DNA from: Balanoglossus misakiensis
Taxonomy: Eukaryota > Animalia > Hemichordata
DNA: 64,000 nucleotides
Reading direction: 5' to 3'
NCBI GenBank assembly: GCA_040954595.2
Contig: CM082580.2
Location: 4,392,783 to 4,456,782, forward strand
In this document: in pieces, positions 22,001 through 35,400 of the stretch
Layout of the letters: every line of letters starts with the position of its first letter
How positions within the stretch are numbered: the stretch's first letter is position 1
Made by a program: the position numbers and the translations under genes
Notes under the pieces: model-generated
Told to the model about the DNA's origin: nothing
What the model saw: the letters and a program-made list of their open reading frames with translations, nothing else
Databases searched by the model: none

Positions 22001-23639
22001 TGCCCCACGTGCCGAGGTGTATCGTATCTATGATATAACTTGAAGTCTAATATATATTTGGTGTGTCATTTTATAAACAGACTACCTGCGGAATCCGGAC
22101 ATGCAAATGGAGGATATTCTTGATGATTTTATCGGATTCTTCTTTGGAGGTAAATAACAGCTTTGTTGCTTTAGTTACAACCGGTCTCTTTAGATTTTCA
22201 AATTGTTATTACGAGATCATCAAATTTCAACCTTCTAAAACTTGCGATGGTCACGTGATGGCGATGATATCGTATAGTAATGTTACAAGTCTTCTTTAAA
22301 CCCTTATCTTTCGAAAGCAAGCGCTTCATTCAACGTTTGTCCTTTTGTGCCTCCGCAGGTCAGGAGACCACGGCCAACGAGCTGTCGTTCACATTAATGG
22401 AACTACTGAGGTGCCCGGAAATTGAACACAGGCGAGTAACTGGCGGGCACTTGGAATTATCACGATGTGGTGTTCCCGTGAACTCAGACACTCAGATCCC
22501 AATTCTAATCGATTATGATGTCGTATTCAGCAAATTTGCCCCATATTGCGAACAGTTTGAAACATGCATGAAATGGCTGTGTATCCTATGTATGCCGCTG
22601 GCAACCGTCGACCATAGCTTAGCCCCTTCCGAACGGAACAGCCAAAAATTAGCAAAGGTAAAGACGGCGCCTACAAAATGTAACGACACACAGCAAGTCC
22701 GATCACAAAGGCACATTTAGGTCAAACCAGGTCCGTCTTTTGATATTATTTTTCAGAGTGAGAACGGAAATTGATTCTGTTCTAAATGGTAAAACGTTTG
22801 TGGAGTATGAAGACATTGGTAAATTGTCGTACACGTCAAAGGTAACGTACTCATTTTCAAAACAAAAAATTCAAACCGAAGAAGAAGTCGATTCTAAAGT
22901 AAGGCTCATTTGATGCGAAGTTGAACACTGTCCCTCTGGTTCTGTTTATAGATATTGACATCGTAGCAGCAACTTGTTTACATGTGACATTTCACCATTG
23001 CAGGTGTTGAAGGAGTCTCTGAGGCTGTATCCACCTGTTACACGCATAATGCGCGAGAACACTAAAGATGAAGTGTTTGCTGGCATAATGGTACCCGCTC
23101 ATAGTCCCATCATGGTAGGTCATTCCATGACCCCGCGGAATTCGCACTGATTTTGTTTTAGACAATCCCGACCAACAGATCGCCATAGTATACAATTGAA
23201 TGTTGAATTTTGAATGAACTGCGGGTCAAAAGACCATCGCACTTTACCACGTTGACAGTTGCATAATCTCAACAATTAACTTCAAAGTGCACATTGAGGA
23301 TATCACAGAGTCTTCAGATCCAGTGTAAAGTCTCAGTTGCACAATTAAATCGTGTGCTCCTGTCTCCGTTGCTTTCTCAGCTTAGTACATATGTCATGAG
23401 CAGGATGGAAGAATTCTTTGAAGACCCGCTTGTGTTTAACCCTGACAGATTTGATGAAACAGAAACAAAGTAAGTCATCAAATGAATGTATGTATGTATG
23501 TATGTATGTATGTATGTATGTATGTATGTATGTATGTATGTATGTATGTATGTATGTATGTATGTATGTATGTATGTATGTATGTATGTATGTATGTATG
23601 TATGTATGTATGTATGTATGTGTGTATGTGTGTGTGTGT

Positions 23640-23725
<86 letters not shown>

Positions 23726-24090
23726 CTATGTATGTACTAAGCCATTTTGTATTTTCTTTCTCAGAACCATGTACATGTACGCATATTTCCCATTTTCTCT
23801 CGGTCCCCGCAACTGCATTGGGAAAGCCTTTGCAGAGGTAAGAAGGCCGTCATTTGAAATCTGCACAGAATTTGACAACCTTTTCTTTGATCATCTGCGT
23901 AGAAATATCAACTAACAATCCGTTGTTTAATAACGCAATCTTTCAGATTGAAGCCAAGTTGATATTGGCTAGATTGTTGACGGAGTTCGATTTCACATGG
24001 TTGCCCGACCAGTCATATGACATACTGGATCTTGTGACAACTAGGCCAAAGGATGGCTGCCAAACGTACATCAAGATTCGTGATAAGTGA
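19031..24090 (+). CDS. CYP46A1: Cytochrome P450, CYP46A1 (cholesterol 24-hydroxylase)-like, 14 exons, 508 aa
   Basis: Exons 19031-19182, 19403-19480, 19990-20071, 20320-20480, 20741-20879, 21215-21328, 21581-21737, 22081-22149, 22359-22431, 22757-22841, 23004-23114, 23381-23469, 23765-23837, 23947-24090 (1527 nt). N-terminal anchor + YSHIPGPKRSSFLLG, VYGERFLG, WLRTR, GGQETT, KESLRLYPP, FNPDRF, heme motif FSLGPRNCIG. Family-level call; strict orthology not established. Confidence 0.92.
23488..23723. repeat. Compound microsatellite (TATG)n-(TG)n in a CYP intron
   Basis: Directly visible; explains the MYVC/CV ORFs. Confidence 0.97.
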
Positions 24091-25067
24091 TGCAGTACAG
24101 AACACCCAACAAGTGATTTCCCCTGTGATTAGACATGCTATATTTGCAACTATATCTCGCTTGCTGTATAAAATAGGGTAGTATGTGGAAAGTTTTTGAG
24201 AGAAATCTGGTTGGTTTAAAGAAAATTTTAGATTAGCCTATATGTCATTTATACAAGTATGTTAATTGTAGTGCTATATTTGCATATGTGAATTGAGAAC
24301 TTTTTGTGATTTTTTTTGCATATGGGTATATCAGCGGAAACAGAACTATCTAGAAAAGATTTTTTTCTTTAAGTGTGAACAGCGTACATGGAATAGCATA
24401 GGAGTTTGAAGTTAGTCTTGAACATGCAGTTGGTCAGTGGGACGACTTGTAAAAGGTCCAACTCTTGGCATCGTAGGCAACAGCTGCATATAGGTTATAC
24501 CAAATTGAAAACAATCTCTTATACATTGTAATTAGTCGTTTGTTGATTTTCACAATTCCATATGTAATCGACACCTCGTATAACCCATAGTTAATTTGAA
24601 ACCAAGATCTGTTTAAAAAAAGATCAATTAATTAATAAAAATCACAAATAAGACTTTTTCAGCAAAACAGTTCACAACTGTACATGCGGTGATGTTAAAA
24701 TTCTATTTCGCTGAGAATGTGAATTCAAAATTGTAACATCAAACTACGTACACTCAGTGGCCAAAAATTTTAGGAGCCCACAAGCTGGTACTCTGATCGT
24801 AACAAGCTTTATTTTTATATGTCGTGATCGGTCTTCCAAAGTTCATGGAGCTGGTACAACCGTGCATGCACCACAGACCTCCATGCAGTACTGAGGTAGT
24901 TTCAAAATCGTAGTTTCAGAGGACGCGATCACAGTGATTGAAGTCGCAAGATACAGTTCCGAAAATAATAGTTTCGTAGAGCGCAGCCAGCGGTAGAATT
25001 GGGACAGGACCCTGGAACTGGACCATCCAGGTGAGGGAAAACGAGCATCACAATACCGGAAGTAAAT

Positions 25068-25592
25068 ATCAAAGACACACACTTTAACAATACTAGTAAT
25101 ACGTAACTTTCAAAACTTGCCAAGTATGAAAATAAAATGGAAATTTTGTACTCATATGCCAACACTCTAGTTTCAATAGTCTATGACATTACAGAATGGT
25201 TTTGTAGTGACAAAACATGTATTTTTGCAAGGAAACTTAGATAAAGTCTATAGACCTGGCCCCTGAGAATAAAAGAAACATGAAGTGTGCAATATATAAT
25301 GTGAAAAAATGTGTAACCAAGTAACATTGACTTCATGTGTCATCAGTAATGCTATTAACTCTTTTTTTTACTAAACATAACATGGAATTGTTCATGTGTC
25401 AAGTGATAATCAAGTATTTATAATGTAAAATTGAAAGTATCATCTTTGATAAACAGGTAAATATATACATTCTTTGTCATTTATGGATTCACTTTTAAAA
25501 ACTCTCAATATTGCCATGAAGAATATAACCGTACTCTTCTGAAAATATAGTATATGAGATATTTTCATAAAACCTTTGAATTTTTAAAAAAA
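25068..25592 (+). repeat. ~500-bp dispersed direct repeat, copy downstream of the CYP gene
   Basis: Homologous to 17735-18225 in the same orientation. Confidence 0.85.
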
Positions 25593-26659
25593 TGTGAAAA
25601 AGTTCATGTTGTATAATACATATCTAGGAATACTACAAACTGTTTAGGCAACTTAAAATACCCTGACAAACATCTTTAAATCATTTTCCTTATTGTTATT
25701 TATTTTCACCCTCACTTGGGAATATTCCACAACATCTGGTAGTGTCACCCACTACCGCAGCAAAAAATTTGGGGGTTTCCACTTTGTTGTAAAGCATATC
25801 ACCATGGATGATCCTGTTAACTACCTGCTAATATGCTAATATGAATATATGAATGTTTCTAAAGTTGAATAAGAACCCCCCCCCACTTACTTTGTGAAAC
25901 TTGTTAGAAACATAGATGTCATCTGAATTAAACTATATTTAGAAACACCTCATTTAGAAACACCTCATAGTGTTTTATCACAAAACAATACATATTGCAT
26001 ATTAATGACCTTTTCTAATAAGTGATTACCGATATTAATTTGATGAATGATAGTTTAAAGACTAATCTTACTGAGATGTAACGATACAATAAAACTATTT
26101 TAGAGTCACCTAATAGTGGTTCATCATTTAACAGTAGAGATAGCAGATTGATGGGTAAATTAATAAAAAAATACAAATTGGTAATACAACCAAACCTTCA
26201 CATCATTGAACTCCCAAAACTCTGAAATGAGAAAGGTACACTTGGATGAAAAACATGCCTTCATCAAATAATTTCATTGGCATTTTCAAAACTATTTGAC
26301 CAAGGCCTATCCCATACAGTGGCTAATCTGGTTACATGTTTAATGTGAATATGAATGCAACTAAAACAAAAAAATGTTATATATGAAGTGTGCCTGCATC
26401 TTGTTACATATATAGTGACAAATACAAACCCATTACTTTACTTTTTTGTCTAAGATATATGTCATATTCATATCTAAATTTTCATTTTGTCCATTCCGGT
26501 TGTTCCAATAATAGAATTAGCTTTGCACTGTCAATCATACACATTGCACACAAATAACACTGAAAAGTAAATGGGTTTCTCTATTTCTTTATGTAAATCT
26601 AATATCACAAGCTAAATCTTTGTGAATTACAGAGAAGATATATAATACTTTTTGATGTA

Positions 26660-26934
26660 TTTTCTTTGTTTCTTCATTCCTTTTGTTCTTTCTTTCTTTT
26701 TGTTTTCCTTCCTTTCCTTCCTTTCATCCTTCCTTCTTTCCTTCCTTCCTTCCTTCCTTCCTTTCTCTCTTTATTTCTCGCTTTTTCCTTCCTTTCCTTT
26801 TTTTCTTTCTTCCTTTCCTTTTTTTCTTTCTTTTTTCCTTGAATGAATGACTTAATGTTGCTTCCTTCATTATGCTAATGAATGACTTTAACAATCTAAT
26901 GCTTTCATTCTATTTTCCTTCCTTCCTTTCCTTT

Positions 26935-26997
<63 letters not shown>

Positions 26998-27030
26998 GTG
27001 TTACTTTCCACATGTTACTTCCTTCCTTTC
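26660..27030. repeat. Polypyrimidine low-complexity tract with (TTTC)n/(TTCC)n
   Basis: Directly visible; pure (TTTC)n at ~26933-26996. Confidence 0.9.
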
Positions 27031-27399
27031 TTCATTATGCTAATGAATGACTTTAACACTCTAATGGTTCCAAAGGCCTAGAATATTTGTTTGTGCCAGG
27101 TTTATCCTCTTTGATGGTATTTGAGCCAATCTGACCACTTTTGGGCTGGTAGAATAAGACAATTGTACCTATTCTTTCTTCTACCTATTCATTTCTTCTA
27201 TGTGATTATTCAGTGGCTGGTCGACCCATTCTCGCGCACCAGTCATCTATTTCCACTTCATGAAAAGAAGGCTCTGTCATATTAGGCCTACGCAAGGAAT
27301 TCTCTATGTATGAGTGTAATATACATGTAGCCAGTATATAGGAGTTGAAAATGAAGTTTTTTATATACAACCGGTACATTCCACATGTGCTCTTCGTTT

Positions 27400-28900
27400 G
27401 AAAGTCCGATTTTATACATGCATGAAAATTGTCTTTTCCATGGCCATGCAGACACGTTATCCTATGGACAATACAGTGTGTCCACGATGTTATCTACTGT
27501 AGTACATCTACTCAACGTGCATTGATTTCCTTAGCGAATCCACTGAAGTCACCGGTACTGTACAGATATCTAGACAGGTCATATTAACTGACTTCACTAA
27601 CTACTTGACTGCTCACAATATTGATATTCTAAGTCTAATAAAACCACTCCTGACAATTTTCTAATTTAACACAACTCCTTTTGGGCAGGTAGAAGTAGAA
27701 AATTCTACCCAGACCTTCTTCTTTCTTATCTGTTTCTTCAGTTGCTGACCATATATAGCCACAATGAAAATAAAATCTCAATGCATTTTTCTGCATTTTC
27801 TATTTGTTGGACTACCTGCTATTTCTCAATCACCCGCCACTGTACAGATATGTAGACAGGTCGTACTAACTGACTTCACTAACTACTTGTCTGCTTACAA
27901 TATTCATTTTCTCGGTCTAATAAAACCACTCCTGACAAATAACAATTGAAACTCAAAATCTAATGTAATGTGACAGTTTATCCTATGTTCCGTGTATTTT
28001 CCGTGTGTAAGTTGCAAGGTCGGGTTCTGTACATACATGAGAATTGTCTTTTCTGTAGCCATGCAGACATGTGATCCTGTGGACAGAGCAGTGTGTCCGC
28101 AATGTTGTTGTACATGTACTCAACTCAATGATGAACCATGAGCGGTTCGAGCACAATCTTTTTGACCAGTTGGGTCTTCGTGAATCCAATGAAGTCACCG
28201 GTACTGTACAGATATTTAGATAGGTCATACTAACTGACTTCACTAACTACTTGACTGCTTACAATATTCATTTTCTAAGTCTAATAAAACCACTCCTGAC
28301 AAATATCTACATAATACGACTCCTTTTGGGCTTGTAGAACTATAGTATTTCTACCTTGACCTTCTTAAAATTCTTCCGATACCTTCTTCTTTCTTATCGG
28401 TTTATTACCTTCTTCTTCATACTGACTGACTCCACTAACTACTTGACTGCTTACAATATTCAATTTCTAAGTCTAATAAAACCACTCCTGACAAATAACA
28501 ATTGAAACTCAAAATCTAATGTAATATGACAGTTTATCCTATGTTCCATGTATTTTCTGTGTGTCATAAGATTCAAGGTCCGATTTTGTACATATTTGAA
28601 AATTGCCTTTTCTGTAACCGTGCAGACACGTGGTCCTTTGGACAAAGCAGTGTGTCCGCAATGTAATCAGTTGTACATGTTCTCAACTTGTCATGATTTA
28701 CCAAGAGCGGTTCTAGCACAATCCTTTTGACCAGTTGGGTCGTCGCGAATCTACTGAAGTCTCAAGTACTGTACAGATATCTTGAGAGGTCATACTAACT
28801 GACTTCACTAACTACTTGACTGCTTACAATATTCATTTTCTAAGTCTAATAAAACCACTCCTGACAAATTACAATTCAAACTACAAATCTAATGTAATAC
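27400..28900. repeat. Complex diverged tandem repeat
   Basis: Core ACTGACTTCACTAACTACTTG.CTGCT.ACAATATT.AT.TTCT.AGTCTAATAAAACCACTCCTGACAA recurs at ~27587, 27869, 28233, 28425 and 28798; longer flanks recur with a ~570-650 bp period. Confidence 0.85.
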
Positions 28901-29484
28901 AATCTTTCTATAATTTAAGTTGCAAGGTAAATTTATTCGACTATGCGGGCTTCACAATGCCCAGTACAATTGCCCTTGCTGGTATTACGGAGCGTCTTGT
29001 CAGTTAGACGCTATACCTGTTTACCATATACTTTGCAACATCTTTTATGGTGTCCATCCAGAGATAACACTCTTCATGATATTCTGCTGATGTCACCACC
29101 AGTTATGATTTTCTTCTTGATAGTCACCTGTCACTTCTGATTTGTGGACAAAATATCATTCAAACCACGTTCTCATCAAACGGCCTGTGCTGGCATCAGT
29201 ATTCCCCTGACCTTACAGCACTTGCAAGACTGCTATGGCGGAAATTAATCTCAACCACAAAGGTGGCACATGCAGTCAAACCCAGGTGTGCCAACTACCA
29301 ACTCACATGGAACTTATGTGACTTAGCCTTTGGAAGCAGACATTCCCTGACATTGTCAGTGTTTGCACTACTCTGCCTCACATCGTCAGTTTGTGTACAA
29401 GTAACTGTCTTCATTTCTTAACAAACTTGGACTTGCATCATTTTCCTTCAGTGATAAAGCTTCAACGTTTTTTAGTGAAAGTGA

Positions 29485-32400
29485 ATGCCCCTGATCACCA
29501 TGTTTGCAATCTCAGCACCTACGGCAACACCTGGAATATGTTTCACACAGTCTAGGATGCGCCCCTGATCAAAATTGTATGCATCACAGGGCCATTGCTA
29601 ACTTCTGGCTTTTGTTTTGCACAGTTTGGGATGCCATCCCAATCACATTGTGTTAAATCTCACCACCATTATCGCCAACTTCTGGCTTATGTTTCAACCA
29701 CTCTGAAATGCGCCCTTGATCACCATGTTACCAATCTTGGCATCACCGCCAACTTCTGGCATTATGTTTCAACTCAACCAGTGTGGGATGCGCTCCTGAT
29801 CACCATGTTACCAATCTTGGCATCACCGCCAACTTCTGGCATTATGTTTCAACTCAACCAGTGTGGGATGCGCTCCTGATCACCATGTTACCAATCTCAC
29901 CTTCACCGCCAACTTCTGGCATTATGTTTCAACTCAACCAGTGTGGGGTGCGCTCCTGATCACCATGTTACCAATCTCACCTTTACCGCCAACTTCTGGC
30001 ATTATGTTTCAACTCAACCAGTGTGGGGTGCGCTCCTGATCACCATGTTACCAATCTCACCTTCACCGCCAACTTCTGGCATTATGTTTCAACCAGTGTG
30101 GGATGCGCTCCTGATCACCATGTTACCAATCTTGGCATCACCGCCAACTTCTGGCATTATGTTTCAACTCAACCAGTGTGGGATGCGCTCCTGATCACCA
30201 TGTTACCAATCTCACCTTCACCGCCAACTTCTGGCATTATGTTTCAACTCAACCAGTGTGGGATGCGCTCCTGATCACCATGTTACCAATCTTGGCATCA
30301 CCGCCAACTTCTGGCATTATGTTTCAACTCAACCAGTGTGGGATGCGCTCCTGATCACCATGTTACCAATCTCACCTTCACCGCCAACTTCTGGCATTAT
30401 GTTTCAACTCAACCAGTGTGGGATGCGCTCCTGATCACCATGTTACCAATCTTGGCATCACCGCCAACTTCTGGCATTATGTTTCAACTCAACCAGTGTG
30501 GGATGCGCTCCTGATCACCATGTTACCAATCTCACCTTCACCGCCAACTTCTGGCATTATGTTTCAACTCAACCAGTGTGGGATGCGCTCCTGATCACCA
30601 TGTTACCAATCTCACCTTCACCGCCAACTTCTGGCATTATGTTTCAACTCAACCAATGTGGGATACGATCCTGATCACCATGTTACCAATCTTGGCATCA
30701 CCGCCAACTTCTGGCATTATGTTTCAACTCAACCAGTGTGGGATGCGCTCCTGATCACCATGTTACCGATCTTGGCATCACCGCCAACTTCTGGCATTAT
30801 GTTTCAACTCAACCAGTGTGGGATGCGCTCCCGATCACCATGTTACCAATTATGGCATCACCGCCAACTTCTGGCATTATGTTTCAACTCAACCAGTGTG
30901 GGATACGCTACTGATCACCATGTTACCAATCTTGGCATCACCGCCAACTTCTGGCATTATGTTTCAACTCAACCAGTGTGGGATGCGCTCCTGATCACCA
31001 TGTTACCAATCTCACCTTCACCGCCAACTTCTGGCATTATGTTTCAACTCAACCAGTGTGGGATGCGCTCCTGATCACCATGTTACCAATCTCACCTTCA
31101 CCGCCAACTTCTGGCATTATGTTTCAACTCAACCAGTGTGGGATGCGCTCCTGATCACCATGTTACCAATCTTGGCATCACCGCCAACTTCTGGCATTAT
31201 GTTTCAACTCAACCAGTGTGGGATGCGCTCCTGATCACCATGTTACCAATCTTGGCATCACCGCCAACTTCTGGCATTATGTTTCAACTCAACCAATGTG
31301 GGATACGCTCCTGATCACCATGTTACCAATCTCACCTTCACCGCCAACTTCTGGCATTATGTTTCAACTCAACCAGTGTGGGATGCGCTCCTGATCACCA
31401 TGTTACAAATCTTGGCATCACCGCCAACTTCTGGCATTATGTTTCAACTCAACCAATGTGGGATACGCTCCTGATCACCATGTTACCAATCTCACCTTCA
31501 CCGCCAACTTCTGGCATTATGTTTCAACTCAACCAGTGTGGGATGCGCTCCTGATCACCATGTTACCAATCTTGGCATCACCGCCAACTTCTGGCATTAT
31601 GTTTCAACTCAACCAGTGTGGGATGCGCTCCTGATCACCATGTTACCAATCTTGGCATCACCGCCAACTTCTGGCATTATGTTTCAACTCAACCAATGTG
31701 GGATACGCTCCTGATCACCATGTTACCAATCTCACCTTCACCGCCAACTTCTGGCATTATGTTTCAACTCAACCAGTGTGGGATGCGCTCCTGATCACCA
31801 TGTTACCAATCTTGGCATCACCGCCAACTTCTGGCATTATGTTTCAACTCAACCAGTGTGGGATGCGCTCCTGATCACCATGTTACCAATCTCACCTTCA
31901 CCGCCAACTTCTGGCATTATGTTTCAACTCAACCAGTGTGGGATGCGCTCCTGATCACCATGTTACCAATCTCACCTTCACCGCCAACTTCTGGCATTAT
32001 GTTTCAACTCAACCAGTGTGGGATGCGCTCCTGATCACCATGTTACCAATCTTGGCATCACCGCCAACTTCTGGCATTATGTTTCAACTCAACCAGTGTG
32101 GGATGCGCTCCTGATCACCATGTTACCAATCTTGGCATCACCGCCAACTTCTGGCATTATGTTTCAACTCAACCAATGTGGGATACGCTCCTGATCACCA
32201 TGTTACCAATCTCACCTTCACCGCCAACTTCTGGCATTATGTTTCAACTCAACCAGTGTGGGATGCGCTCCTGATCACCATGTTACCAATCTCACCTTCA
32301 CCGCCAACTTCTGGCATTATGTTTCAACTCAACCAATGTGGGATACGCTCCTGATCACCATGTTACCAATCTTGGCATCACCGCCAACTTCTGGCATTAT

Positions 32401-35400
32401 GTTTCAACTCAACCAGTGTGGGATGCGCTCCTGATCACCATGTTACCAATCTTGGCATCACCGCCAACTTCTGGCATTATGTTTCAACTCAACCAGTGTG
32501 GGATGCGCTCCTGATTACCATGTTACCAATCTTGGCATCACCGCCAACTTCTGGCATTATGTTTCAACTCAACCAGTGTGGGATACGCTCCTGATCACCA
32601 TGTTACCAATCTTGGCATCACCGCCAACTTCTGGCATTATGTTTCAACTCAACCAGTGTGGGATGCGCTCCTGATCACCATGTTACCAATCTTGGCATCA
32701 CCGCCAACTTCTGGCATTATGTTTCAACTCAACCAATGTGGGATACGCTCCTGATCACCATGTTACCAATCTCACCTTCACCGCCAACTTCTGGCATTAT
32801 GTTTCAACTCAACCAGTGTGGGATGCGCTCCTGATCACCATGTTACCAATCTTGGCATCACCGCCAACTTCTGGCATTATGTTTCAACTCAACCAGTGTG
32901 GGATGCGCTCCTGATCACCATGTTACCAATCTTGGCATCACCGCCAACTTCTGGCATTATGTTTCAACTCAACCAGTGTGGGATACGCTCCTGATCACCA
33001 TGTTACCAATCTTGGCATCACCGCCAACTTCTGGCATTATGTTTCAACTCAACCAGTGTGGGATACGCTCCTGATCACCATGTTACCAATCTTGGCATCA
33101 CCGCCAACTTCTGGCATTATGTTTCAACTCAACCAGTGTGGGATACGCTCCTGATCACCATGTTACCAATCTCACCTTCACCGCCAACTTCTGGCATTAT
33201 GTTTCAACTCAACCAGTGTGGGATGCGCTCCTGATCACCATGTTACCAATCTTGGCATCACCGCCAACTTCTGGCATTATGTTTCAACTCAACCAGTGTG
33301 GGATGCGCTCCTGATCACCATGTTACCAATCTTGGCATCACCGCCAACTTCTGGCATTATGTTTCAACTCAACCAGTGTGGGATGCGCTCCTGATCACCA
33401 TGTTACCAATCTTGGCATCACCGCCAACTTCTGGCATTATGTTTCAACTCAACCAATGTGGGATACGCTCCTGATCACCATGTTACCAATCTCACCTTCA
33501 CCGCCAACTTCTGGCATTATGTTTCAACTCAACCAGTGTGGGATGCGCTCCTGATCACCATGTTACCAATCTCACCTTCACCGCCAACTTCTGGCATTAT
33601 GTTTCAACTCAACCAATGTGGGATACGCTCCTGATCACCATGTTACCAATCTTGGCATCACCGCCAACTTCTGGCATTATGTTTCAACTCAACCAGTGTG
33701 GGATGCGCTCCTGATCACCATGTTACCAATCTTGGCATCACCGCCAACTTCTGGCATTATGTTTCAACTCAACCAGTGTGGGATACGCTCCTGATCACCA
33801 TGTTACCAATCTTGGCATCACCGCCAACTTCTGGCATTATGTTTCAACTCAACCAGTGTGGGATGCGCTCCTGATCACCATGTTACCAATCTTGGCATCA
33901 CCGCCAACTTCTGGCATTATGTTTCAACTCAACCAATGTGGGATACGCTCCTGATCACCATGTTACCAATCTCACCTTCACCGCCAACTTCTGGCATTAT
34001 GTTTCAACTCAACCAGTGTGGGATGCGCTCCTGATCACCATGTTACCAATCTTGGCATCACCGCCAACTTCTGGCATTATGTTTCAACTCAACCAGTGTG
34101 GGATGCGCTCCTGATCACCATGTTACCAATCTTGGCATCACCGCCAACTTCTGGCATTATGTTTCAACTCAACCAGTGTGGGATACGCTCCTGATCACCA
34201 TGTTACCAATCTTGGCATCACCGCCAACTTCTGGCATTATGTTTCAACTCAACCAGTGTGGGATGCGCTCCTGATCACCATGTTACCAATCTTGGCATCA
34301 CCGCCAACTTCTGGCATTATGTTTCAACTCAACCAGTGTGGGATACGCTCCTGATCACCATGTTACCAATCTTGGCATCACCGCCAACTTCTGGCATTAT
34401 GTTTCAACTCAACCAGTGTGGGATGCGCTCCTGATCACCATGTTACCAATCTTGGCATCACCGCCAACTTCTGGCATTATGTTTCAACTCAACCAATGTG
34501 GGATACGCTCCTGATCACCATGTTACCAATCTCACCTTCACCGCCAACTTCTGGCATTATGTTTCAACTCAACCAGTGTGGGATGCGCTCCTGATCACCA
34601 TGTTACCAATCTCACCTTCACCGCCAACTTCTGGCATTATGTTTCAACTCAACCAGTGTGGGATGCGCTCCTGATCACCATGTTACCAATTATGGCATCA
34701 CCGCCAACTTCTGGCATTATGTTTCAACTCAACCAGTGTGGGATGCGCTCCTGATCACCATGTTACCAATCACACCTTCACCGCCAACTTCTGGCATTAT
34801 GTTTCAACTCAACCAGTGTGGGATGCGCTCCTGATCACCATGTTACCAATTATGGCATCACCGCCAACTTCTGGCATTATGTTTCAACTCAACCAGTGTG
34901 GGATGCGCTCCTGATCACCGTGTTACCAATCTCACCTTCACCGCCAACTTCTGGCATTATGTTTCAACTCAACCAGTGTGGGATGCGCTCCTGTTCACCA
35001 TGTTACCAATCTCACCTTCACCGCCAACTTCTGGCATTATGTTTCAACTCAACCAGTGTGGGATGCGCTCCTGATCACCATGTTACCAATCACACCTTCA
35101 CCGCCAACTTCTGGCATTATGTTTCAACTCAACCAGTGTGGGATACGCTCCTGATCACCATGTTACCAATCACACCTTCACCGCCAACTTCTGGCATTAT
35201 GTTTCAACTCAACCAGTGTGGGATGCGCTCCTGATCACCATGTTACCAATCTCACCTTTACCGCCAACTTCTGGCATTATGTTTCAACTCAACCAATGCT
35301 GGATACGCTCCTGATCACCATGTTACCAATCTCACCTTCACCGCCAACTTCTGGCATTATGTTTCAATTCAACCAGTGTGGGATGCGCTCCTGATCACCA

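Noticed and set aside
23418-23915. MYVC/CV-repeat ORFs
   Set aside because: Translations of an intronic microsatellite; only 23381-23469 and 23765-23837 are CYP exons.
26652-27081. Phe/Leu/Ser-rich membrane-like ORFs
   Set aside because: Translations of polypyrimidine microsatellite.
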